The notes beneath the pieces were generated by a model, which worked only from the letters and a program-made list of their open reading frames with translations, was not told where the DNA came from and searched no databases. Positions 11,462 to 23,400 of a stretch of DNA of 64,000 nucleotides are shown here, one piece after another (positions within the stretch are counted from its first letter, which is position 1; every line of letters begins with the position of its first letter). The translations under genes and the position numbers were made by a program. Source of the stretch: Phoronis australis (Eukaryota > Animalia > Phoronida); the NCBI GenBank assembly GCA_002633005.1, contig NMRA01000219.1, positions 57,236 through 121,235 on the forward strand. The letters are read 5' to 3'.

Positions 11462-14400
11462 GTATGTTGCCCAATTTAGGTGCTACCTTGTATGTGTGGC
11501 TTTTGGGCCTGTGCACTTCTTTGTGAAATTGCACCTATATTCAGAATTAGCACATATATGGAAAACACCTGAGCAAAAACCCACAATTGAGTATGTGCGT
11601 AATGTGCGTAAGTGTGTGCTTAAAAAGTGAATTTGCACTTTTTGTCCAACAATACTTACTATCTGCTGACACCTATGGGTACGTGCCTGTATACGTACAA
11701 TGTGCTGGCACCTATGGGTACAGGCCTGTTTTAACAGGTATACAAGAACCTCCCGTTTAGTAGTATCCCGTGCGTATTGACTCCATTTTTGTTTTAAAAA
11801 TTTTCTGAAAATGTCACCAGAAATCATCTACAGCAGGTGTAAATCAACATGTTTGAAGATGGGTGGGGGGTGTATGCCGAAAACAGTTTGTTTTGCATGA
11901 TTTTGGAAAGTATGGACTATCACTGCTTCTGTGCCACTTTTTTGTTCAGCGTGTCACCAAAGTTTTCTCATTTTTATCATTTTTAACTGCATGCTGTTTA
12001 CTAGGAACCCCGGATACGCCTAATTTTAAACGTTGTTTCACAAGTTTCACCTTGACACTAAACAGTAAGTTTCCATTTTGACAATAGGCGGCACTGCGAC
12101 ACAATACCTTTGCACTGATTATTGCATGATGCAATTTAAAGGTAATTGTTTTTTTTTCAAAGCTGAATGCTTTTAATACTTGAAATCAATGTTTGTATGA
12201 ACAAAACCCGTGACAGCAGTTTTGTCTCTTTACAACTTTAATGGGCACTCTTAAATTCGCAGTAGAATTGTCTATTCTCCACTCAGAAAAAGAATAGAGC
12301 AGATGTCCAAGAACTTAGTAGAATTGTTAGCTCTTTTTCAGTTTATTTACGCCTGAAGATGAGGTGTGGCCAGTCTGGAAATGCGGCTGTTTTTGTTTAT
12401 CTTATTTGTTATGTCTCTTGAATGATTGACAAATATACTGCCAGTTTGAGATAGTGACCTTCAAAACTGCAAACTGACTAGTGTCCTGCTGCAAGAGGAA
12501 CTGCTGCATACTGTAAAAATTCTCTATTTTGGGACAATGAAAAGTTAATTATTTTGGTCAATGTCTGAGCTCCTCCCAAATTCAAGAATCTTAAGATAGA
12601 CGAGTCTTGCAATGGAAGCTATTTTCATCGATTTTATCTCAGGCTTTGTTGATACAAATTGCGGTGTCTAATATTCGGGAAATATGATGACTGCCAACAT
12701 AACCCATAATCCCAATGTTCAGAATCAAGAAAATTCAATGTTGGCTTGCATTTGAGTGTCTCAAATGTTAGAGACTGTCCCAAACTGGGGAATTTTTACC
12801 ATACTCGGTATGAACAAAAAACAAGTTATTGGCAAATGCAGAAATGTTTAATTCTGCCTTGTGTTGCATTAGTGTATAGTGTGAGCACTTTCCCGAAAGT
12901 TTAGGCACATGAATGAGGATAAATTTCCTGAATACAGACCTATGGGTCTTGTTCCTGAGCCTTAATTACAATTTCTGTGCTTTGTACAAAGCGACGAGTG
13001 CCTGCAGGTATCAAACCAAAACAAGGCTTGATGTTTTCCTCCACAAGTTTTTAAATTTTCTCTGTTTCCTCCTTAATTAGATTGCAAATTGGATAAATCG
13101 AACCTCATGTGCAAACAGTTAGTGTGACCTGAGGTGTAGGAGAATATATTGGGACTACTTTCGTGTGACTGTGTACCTGTTTCTTGTATGACTAAATAAA
13201 ACATTTCTAATATTTCACTATTTAAAAACTTCCCACATTATGAGTTTCACATTTTCTACAAAAAACAAAGTTTATGAGGACTAACTTGTCACATATGTTG
13301 TACAGTAGATGGCACTGTAAATAACAGCATCAGCCAATCACAAACTGAGAGACCCATCTCTGGTAACAGTGGTAGATGAAGATTGAACATCCACTGCTAT
13401 AAAAAATCCTTGGCTGATAGGCAAAAAGTACCGTTGAAGGGGTTTAGCTCAAGTTACTAAAGTTGTTCACATTAAATCTGATGTGAAATTCAGACAATAA
13501 AATGTGTTTGCATATATAACCTGTTCAGAGTATGTTTTCGAAGTGTTTCCAGTGGTCTGGAAAAATATTTAGATTGCTGAGGATTTCAAGTGTATCCCAG
13601 AATTAAGAAAATGTGTTACATGTCTTGCTTTTCGAAACAATTCCAATTATTTTAGCACATATGAATGTAAATGGTATATATGCATGTGCCCAACATAATA
13701 AATAGTTTGATTGTTTGATATGACTACCATTCCTATATGTCCTTCAGTTGAACTAGCTTGAAAACCTAAATTAATCACCTGTTTCTATATGAGCCCTCTA
13801 GCTGTTTGTAATTTTTAAAAAGCAGTTTTATATCCTGTCACTAGGTGGCAGTGTGTTTTTAGTAAGCTCATTTTTGTGTCTAGTTTGGTTGTTCTATCTG
13901 TTTAATGTTACCAACAGTGTTTAAGTATTTTGGTTAAAATGTCTGAGATAGTATTTTCATGGATGATGGCCCATTATACACAAACTCTAAGTTTCAATGT
14001 TTTGTCATTTCACATTAGATTCATTATACAGTTTTAAAAATGGGGACTTTTTATGTTTGGAAAGTGCCCACTAACTAAAACTACAGGCGTAACAATAATG
14101 TTTTCAAAAAGGGCTGTGGTTCTTGGTCTCTGCCTATGTATAGCAGTTGCACATGTTTAGTTTTATTTATATCCTATGGGGTGTTTTGTCATGTTCGATC
14201 ATTTTAGTGGTCAGAGCTGGATTATAGTAGAATGAATGTGGTCCTTATAATTTGCACAGTTCAACCTCACTGTGTGTGTTTTGTCTGGCTTCTATGTTAG
14301 GGTTGATGCTGTGAGCGTCTAGGCTGCCTTATGAGACGGCAAACATTTTTTTTTCTGGTTTTATGACTCCCTAGTTGTTGAACATATTTAGAATGGTTAT

Positions 14401-15713
14401 TACAGCATGGTGTACGTGGCCTTATTTAACTTGGGTTTCGAGGCGAATGTTTGCATGAATTGAATCTGCTATGTGGGCTGTCACTTATCTGTATTGTTGT
14501 TCGTGTCTAGACACAATGCATCAGAAAACTAAGATTCGCTTGAATTATTTCTATAGCTTTTTCTACGGTAGCGCCCGTGAAGCTGGGATCCTGAAAGACA
14601 TCCTGTTGTTCTTCAAGCTGAGTGGTGTTTCTTTGGTGTTAAGCTCGTGCAGTTTGTGTGGGCTTTTGGTTAGTTAAAAATAAGGAATTACACACTTTTT
14701 TCCTTTCCTTCCCAGAAAAGCTCTTTCTTATGTGGTAAGGTTTATTGTTGCGGACTGGCGTCGTGTGATGTCTGGTGCGCATGTGAATGCCCAGACGTTT
14801 CCTTGTTCTTTCAACCAGTTGATTCAGGGCTGTTGCGCAGTCCCGGTGGGAAACATGACCCTGCACTTTTACATTAGCTTGATTAATATTTGTTCGTGCA
14901 TCACACGAACAATTTATGCAAACATGTCTTTGTAAAATGTCATTGTGGGCTTTTGATTCGCTTCACCTGCAACCACGTCGAAATGCGCCCCTATAACTTA
15001 AACTTGTTAATGCTATTCAAAGTCGATGCAATAAATAAATGTCGTTTTGTATTCGCGCTCAGAACAGTTCCGTGTTTGTGTTTGGCACCTAGCCAAAGAC
15101 AGCAACCACTCTGTGTTGCAATTTTGGTCATGCCTTGGCTGTAATCAACAACCTCTTTTGCCAGATTTGTTAACAAAAACTTGGTGACAGGTTTTCTTGC
15201 AAACATAGCAATAAAATGTTCTCCCTGGGCGTGAACAAGAGGTTTTTCAATACTTTGCCTTGCATGATTTATGGGTCGTGCAGTTCCAAAGTCGATTAGA
15301 AAGAAACTTAGATACCTTCTGTTTTTTTACGTACGTCACTGTTGGACGAAGTTCAGTTTTTATAATAGAATTTCTGTCTGTTTTTATATGTTATGTGTTG
15401 ATAAGTCGTCTGTTTGGTTAATGATTTCACTTGAGAAGTATTGGTTACAGCGTAACTGTGACGAATGAAAAATAGATAATCTCGGAGCAATTGGCGATAA
15501 ACTCATCTCTTGAATTCAGGTGAATAAATTGACACTGTTTCTACAAATATTGATCTGTAACCTGGCATGAAAATTTCATTTTACCATTGGCGTAACTGCA
15601 AGGGGACACCCTTGCAATCGCACATGATGTTTCTGTCTAAATGCTACATCGAAAGTAAAGCTAAAACTTATCTAGATAGAACAATCCATACAGCCTAGGA
15701 ATGTGGTAGTTTT

Positions 15714-15863
15714 CATTGGCGGATTTAGGGGGGCAAGGGGGCCATGCCCCTCCCTAAAATTCTCCCAGATTTCGTTTGGCAGGTCGGGATGCGAATGTCT
15801 GACGGGAAAAAGCCTGACTAATACTCTGTCCTGCCCTCCCCCACCAACTCAAAATCCTGGATC
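15714..15863 (-). mobile_element. Copy of the CAG-ended MITE family
   Basis: Reverse-complement match to 518-710; one end degraded. Confidence 0.75.
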
Positions 15864-18800
15864 TTGGGTGTGTTTTGTCTGTCGTAGGTGTTAAGTGCCT
15901 TGCTTACTCTCTTGTCAGTGCTTTTGTGCGTTGCAATGGCTGGAAGTTGGCGCTCTAAGTTGTCTGGAACAATTGAATGGCGCACGACGAATGGATTGGC
16001 TTGCATACAACTTCAGTTTTCCTTCTCTGTTTTAAGTCATCATTAGTGCTTCAAACGCAACACGTTCAGCTTACAATGCTGAAATTTCCCCCGTTTGTCG
16101 CTTTGACTGGACTACTAAACTAATTGAATTTCCCCTTGAATATATTTGTGCCTTACTCTTGGTTAAAAGCAGTATATGCAGTTAGTCACGTGTATGAAAG
16201 AATAGCGTCGGCCATAGTTTTATGTCCCATTTTGGTCCACTACCCAGGACCATGGGCATAGACAAATTCATGTACCGGCTTGACCCTCGGCCCAGGGCCA
16301 TGGGCATGGCCAGATTTCGGTTTTCGCCCTCAGCCCATGACCCTAGGTATAGGTTCTTCAAATTTCTCTATCATCGATTAGTGGTTACGATTAATTGCAC
16401 CTTTTGATAAGGAAGAAAAAAGCACAAGGCGCTAAAAAGCTTTGTAAACATTGAGGTTAGTGTGAACAAATAAAGCGCTCGCATTGATGCCTATTACATG
16501 CATGGTTCCTTGTCACCATTTTTTTATTTTTATGTGCTTTTCTTTTGTCAGAACCGATAAGATTCGAATATGACCTGAATGAACTAGAAGTGTGACTTTT
16601 CACGATTAGGTCCTCAACGAAACGATGCTTTTTGTGACAAAATTCTTCACGAAAAGGTGTCATTGTTGACCAAATTATCTATAAAATAATGCTCACTGTG
16701 GGATTTAAAAACTCTACAAAAGCTACCTGTTTACAGTGACATTAAAAACGCGGCAACGGAACAATATTTTTGTTATGTTTCATAAGTTAAACAAATTTTG
16801 AGGTTTTGATATCTGAAAGTTAGTTGAGTTATTCTAAGTGACATGAAACCATTGAAAAAAAAACGTCAAACAGGTACTAAATGAGTATATTGAAGTCATT
16901 GATAATCTTTACTATTTGAAAAAAGGAACTTATTTACAAAAAATATAGGCACATGACTAGCCAACTAACCTGGAAAGTACAGTACAGTTGCTTGACATGT
17001 AAGTTGGCGTTGTCGGCCTTGTTTCTGAAAGCAAGAATAGTCACTATCTCAAAGTTTTTGCTTTGTACTAGCTGGGAACTAGGAGCGCTAGAAAATGATT
17101 ATCTATTTTGTGGGACTTCATCCTATATCACGGACGAGGAAGTAATTTTCTTACAATTATCTGCGCAATAATGGCCAACCTAATCCGACTAATAGGCATT
17201 AGTGTATGATCGATTTCATCATTTTTCATGTTGAATTGCTTTAAACACCATTCTCCGCGTGGAATAAATACTTATTTCCAAAACTATGAGGCTAGTACTG
17301 CTGACGAAAATTCAATCATTAATATAGTTAATACAACACGTGCAAGAAATTTTGGATCAAGGAGTTTTGAATGGCGTTGCATGCGACAAATCAACAAATT
17401 ATGTTTTCCTGACCCGTGTCTTTCGCCATTAGCTCCGATTCACTCGATTCGCCTTTAAAAATGTGTAACGTTTTTGTCAACAAAAATGAAAGGTGATATG
17501 TGTTTCATTTCAAGGCCTATTACCTCCTAATTCACTGCCTAAATTATAAACTGCACATGGTAGCACAGTAGGTCATGATCGTTTCCTGGTGATAATGATA
17601 ACGAATTTCATCCCAGATTATCCAAGGCGTCAACTAGTAAAATGTATCAAGATCCATCACGTTTGAAAGGGTAAGCGGGCTTCCTCTTCCATTTACGTGC
17701 GTGTGCTCAGGTGTCATAGATTATAGACAACAGATTCGCAACTCCGACATTTTCTTGCGTACTACCCTACAAGAGATGTCACTCTCCTAAATTACCAGTT
17801 TCAGTTTCCGGTTAGTGTTTTGTGACGGGGAAATTCTTGCATCTATTTTACTGCCCAGTACAACGAAAAAAAATTTCGGCATTGAAACTTTGTTCAAAGT
17901 CTTCCAATAATAGATTTGTTGGTATCGTGAGTACTTCGGCATCCGACCGCAGCTGCCATCCGACCAGACCACCGACCATGATTAGCAGACGACGTACTTG
18001 CCGGAAGTAAAAAATGCTAATTTTGCTTGGTGTCGCTAGTGAATAATGACGTCAGGGCTTATGCGTAAGATCACACATTTCGTCCATTACAAATATACGG
18101 AGTTGGCGGTCCATGTACTATAGTCAATGGTTTCATAAGGACGCAAGGCAGAAATTTGATCTTAAGCTCCCATTTCACAATTGCTGAAAAAAGGTTTAGC
18201 CAAGTAATTATTAGGGCATCACCGTCTAGAAGTATTTGATAAAATTATCTCACTATGCTAGCAGTTATGTGTATATTATTAGCATTCTGATCCAGTGAGA
18301 TTTAATTATTTTTGTGAAATAGTTGTGTGAAGTGTAAGACCAAATTTCATGAAACAGGCGCCAGCCGAGTCTTTGTTGCAGCTGCTATGAGCTTTGTTCT
18401 GGTGTCGATTTTTTCGTAGGCGTATTCTTGAATTTTAAACCGTTGCGATATGAAACCCTGTGGTAAGGAACATATGGGCCTGATTAATAACGAACTGTCA
18501 ATTCTTTCAAATCGGATGTAATTACTTTCTAATATACTTTTACAGTAAGTGTCTAAGTCATTTTTTCACAAATTAGATGATTGTTCTATTGCCGCTTTTG
18601 TAGAGAAGAAATTTAGCTTTGACTGCTAACGTTTTGCGTCGGACGTGAAGCTATATTGTAATCGTGGTTGCAGTTTGGGTGATATCACTCTGTTCTTGTT
18701 TTAACATCCACGAAAATAATTTGAAAACAATAGTTGCGATATTGCCGTGGGTCAGCATTTGATGCATACGCGAGGAGTGTTGGTTTTGACATCCACGTGT

Positions 18801-20169
18801 ATTCAAACATCTGTGGATCTTCGGCGATATTTAATAACGGAAAGAGGAACTTTCACCGACACATCGGCAGCGTTTTTATTAGTACAGGTGGTGTCGCACG
18901 AACATCTAGGTCTACAGTGTGATAAGATGAGGAAATACTGTGTTATCGAGTTTTGAAATGAAGTGGCCTGGCTTGTTATTCGTTTTCATGCGTTTCTTAC
19001 AGCCTTGGTATCTTAGGGCAGAATCGGCACTAGTTAATTTTTAAGTTTCGTGTACTTCGTCTTGTAAATTCGAGGTAAATAATGAACAATGTTCTTGTTA
19101 AATTGAGTTGTATGTCAATTCATGCCAACATTTACTTCGTAAGCCAACTATATCGTATAGTCTCTTACTTTTTATTTTTTGTCTTAACGTGAATAAAGTG
19201 TATTACTACTAGTAGATCCGGCCAGCATTTTCAGACGCAAGAAGCACGACTTATATCTTGTAATATGGACAACAAAAGCAATGGCAAGCGTCCATATTTG
19301 CGTTTCATAACTGGGGTTCATTTTTTCTGTTTCCCTTTGTTTTAATTTGCTGAACTACTTTTGAGCGGACTCACGAAAATGTTTGGCACGGTTACGGGTG
19401 CACCGTTTCGTGGACGAGACGGTCCCGCGTTATAGTGACTGCTCACCGCTGGTTTAAATTATTTCAATCCTTTCAAGAATCACATCAAAATACTGAGTGC
19501 GTTGTGCAAGTTGGGTCTGTCAAACTTCCTTGTTTTAAGTAGTTACACGAATGGCAAAAAATGAAAGACTAAAATCCAACCCTCATCGTCTGCAAACGAC
19601 GCAAATGTCCCGGAAACTCGAGTCATGAAATGTTCCTTTGCCAAGGGTCTGAGAGTGCCCATGTGCGTGTGTCACGTGATACTGAGTGTCTACAATTTCT
19701 ATTTCTTATCGCCGCAGTTGGCTCTTCAAAAAACACTTCCCTGTGTGCGGATTTTCAGTGAGCACTTTTGACATTTGCCATATCGGAACGGCACGTGTGT
19801 TGGCGCACTGATTGAGACGTCTCATCCTATTTGGATTTAGCTTTTTGAAAACAAATGTATATATTGCCTTCCGTTACATTTTAAACCTTCGTTCATATAT
19901 TTAGGGAATTTGATTCAAGATCAATACCACGGCGGAGTTAATGATTTAAACTAGCACTTGTACGCTTATCGTTGTCGGTTCACTTTCTTAAAGCGAGGAA
20001 GACATTACCAGGAAGGGACGACTGCTTTGAAGCATTTTAACTTGTTTACAAATGTGATATAAAAAGGACCTCTTCAAGTTGCCTATGATCCAAACACTGT
20101 CATCTATTGTCGTTGAAGGCTTTACCTACAAAATAACACCAATTCGGTCCCTGAAGATCGCATATTAGC

Positions 20170-20467
20170 CAGGGGCGGAGATTTTTAGTTGGGGGGGCAA
20201 GGCACAGGAATAACCAGAATTTCGACAGACGCGCGCGCCCAGCCTAAATTGTAGGGATGCAGTGGTCTTGAATTTTGACTAAAAAAAACGGTAAACGGGT
20301 TTTTTCAGGGCCTATGCATTGTTTATTCACNCCCCCCCCCCCCCCCAACAGAGCTCCCCTGGTTGCGCGCATGTGCTACTCAGCAATTCGCACCCGAGCT
20401 GCCAAATGGTATCTGGTAGAATTTTATGGAACCATGGCTCCCTTGGCCCCCACTAAATCCGCCTCTG
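20170..20467 (+). mobile_element. Longer (~290 bp) member of the CAG-ended MITE family
   Basis: CAGGGGCGGA...CTAAATCCGCCTCTG; flanks TTAGC/TTGGC; internal sequence shared with 42136-42420. Confidence 0.8.
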
Positions 20468-23400
20468 TTGGCTGCGCCTGATTTTCTGTGCCCTTACGTG
20501 AGACGCCGTTTCACAAACATTTGCAATAGCGTGTGCTTATTGTGAGTAGGCCTACAACAAGATGACACTGGTGTGCAATGTGGTAGTGTCTCTTTGGCAA
20601 AAGTTTGTTGAAGTTATTCAATAATTTTGCAAATGTATATTGGTCATCCGATAAGTATCTTCAATTTAGACACCAACGGATTCACCAGGTAGTGGTTAAT
20701 TACAGAATTAAAATGTTTAATAGCGGTTGAGTCAAAATTCAACTATACGCTTTCGACCTTGCTTGAACTGTTGTCGTCATTTTAAGAAAGGATCCACACC
20801 CTAAACACGAACCCAATCAAATGGCATTGCATGATGTTTTGAACCCCCATGCAGTGCCCTCTTTGAAAACCATTGGTGTAAAACCCTTTGTTTTGTTTTT
20901 TAGCACGAGTAAATATGAAAACTCGTTGAATGGAGTTTCAACGGGAAAAAGACTAACCGTGCGAAGGCAATATTCCAATGTCATAACGTGTGGTTAGTCT
21001 TTTTTGCCCATGGTGGTCGCCCGTGATTGACAGGAGTATTGGATAGTTTCGACCTGTCTGTCAAGCTAATAATCGCAGCCAATCAGGTCAAGGAAACAGA
21101 TAAACGCAACGATAGTCCACCATCATTGTCTTACTAATATTGGTTTCTCACGAAAGCGTTGATGCGCTTGTGACTCTTGCAATGTAGATGAAAAGCATGT
21201 AATAGACTTCACGATCAGGCGAAATTACGCCTGCATAAACCGTAGACTACTATAGAGTATCTACTGATAAACAAACACCAAGTGAAAGAAATTCCCAACG
21301 TTTCACACTGCATTTCGCCCTTGCCCTTGATGTTTAGATGGCTGTAAACGAAATCGAACTTGGCCTTTCATCACTCTCATAAAATCGGTCTCACATGAAG
21401 TCTTGCCGTGAAAAGTTTCTATTTCCGTTACCAACGAGAACAGCGAAATCATGAAAGACCCAAGAAAACTTCAGAGTTTGGTAGAGGCCGGGGTTGGCCA
21501 ACTCTAAAATTGCGAATTCGAAAATGGCGAAAGTAGGTGCTGCCTTTGATTTTGGTTGGTAACACAAACAGGTTAGCCAACGAAGCAGGGTGCAATGCAG
21601 CTTTACAAGGATCATTGTGTGGATGATAGCGTGATTTACGGAAACGTGGCCTCTTAAACAACCCAAGACATATGACACTAGACCATCGGCGGGCACTAGG
21701 CTTTGAGTGCTCGTCAATAGGCTGGCGCAATATATGGATGGACTCAAGTACTTTGTATCGCGGATGTAGCATTCGTGCAACAGTCGTTCGCTTCTCTTAT
21801 GTCCTTTGTGATAATATAGTTCAGTATGGTTACAACTTCTTTTATTGAAATATGATTAAAACACATAGTTGAGAATCTGTTGCTGTAGTACCCTTGAAAA
21901 ATATCTCCGGCGCATTGGCTTTTCGTGTGGAACTTCGCAACGGTAACGTTGTGATGGTGGGTGTGACATGTCAATCAAGCTATTAATACCAACCAATCAG
22001 GGCGCAGAAAAATGTAAACGGCGCGGTTGCCTCCATTTTAGTCCCACAAATATGGGTTGTAAACGAAAGCGGCAAGACGGTCTTATACGATTGCAGGGTA
22101 CACTTAATTTGTAGATCAACGATTTACGTAGAACAAGCAAAGAAATGACTTGCGACCGGATATAAAAGCATGTAGCAGACCTTGTGATCGTGGGAATTTT
22201 TATGTTGGAGTAAATAAGTCTTAAGTAAAATAAATTCACATCAGTACATTTTTCCTCTCGCTGACAACATAAGACTCAGTAATGTATTCCCATCACTAGC
22301 GGTCATAAACAAAATTTACTGGTTGTCATTTCTATAACGAATAACGAGCCTGAGATGCATGTAGGTTTTACTACTACCAGAGTACTGTGCTGTTGAACAA
22401 CGTGCCTGAACTCAGGTGTGGAGCAAAGTAACCTTGCGATTAAGGCGTTGCCTGAAGGTCACTGGGCTCAACAGCTGGGGGGAAACCGAGAGTCACTGGC
22501 CTCGTTGATTATTGCAAAAAGAAAAGCACATCCACGTAAGAAACTCGAAGTGTTAAACTGTTCTCTGGGGTACTAAAATGGCGGGATCAAATTCTGTTCA
22601 GCTTAGCGCATTTTATTCATGAATCCTTGTCGCCAGTTATGTCGCTGTAATCGACCAGAACATTTCTTGGCTGCTTATAACTTCCTCAACACGTACATGT
22701 CTTAGTAAGTGCTGGATCAATCAGCCTAGGTGACGCCGAAACCTGGTGACAAACATGGAAATGCGGACCTGGTGTCGGAGAGGGGTGCTATCACGTTTTT
22801 TTCGCACTGAAGAAAACTTTCCTTCGCTTATGTTCACCTTTTTGAGGGTCCAACGGTGCGTCGGCGTTCCTTGTCAGCAAGTGCTTCCCTGTCAACCCCC
22901 ACCGCTACGCCACTTGAAAAATCGCATAATCATTTACACGGCTCCCCGCAATAAAATCGTTGAAGTTCACTATCATGTTTTGCCACTCATTAAGTACACG
23001 TACAGGTATCTGTTTCGTGATTACAGTAACACAAATCTTGCTTCAAGTTTCTTTGATATCTTAATCAATGTGGTCTAAAGTCAAGACTTCGTCGAAATGC
23101 AGCTTATCAGCTTCAATACTGCTACTAAGAAAACGTGTAGACATAAACTGTCTGCAAGTTAAGGAATTCTACTTCCCACACTTTGAACTGGCAGCTGGTG
23201 GTTTGAGTGCTTAATTACGAAACGTGCACCTCTCCGTTGTGTTGAGTCGCGTTCCGTCGTTTTGCATGGAAGCTCATTCTCTCAAGTTTCCAGCTTTCTT
23301 TGCATCGTATTATAAAACGATTGTTAACTTTTCCTGAGTGTTCCATTTAGAGTCTAAAATGGCTGTTACATTTCTGTGTCAGAGACAACGACGTAACGTC

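Noticed and set aside
14570-14630. SECIS-like GTGAA..AAA hairpin
   Set aside because: No 3' GA quartet at the right spacing, intronic location, and no in-frame UGA in BOLA3.
21391-23078. 107-129 aa ORFs inside BOLA3 intron 3 as a nested gene
   Set aside because: No recognisable domain or splice structure; lengths compatible with chance.
15081-23210. miRNA look-alikes: TTTGGCAC (15081, 19382; miR-96 seed), TGTGCGTGTG (~19662; miR-210), TGAACTGGCAGCTGGTGGT (~23184; miR-317/miR-22-like)
   Set aside because: Only partial matches and no properly paired precursor arm.
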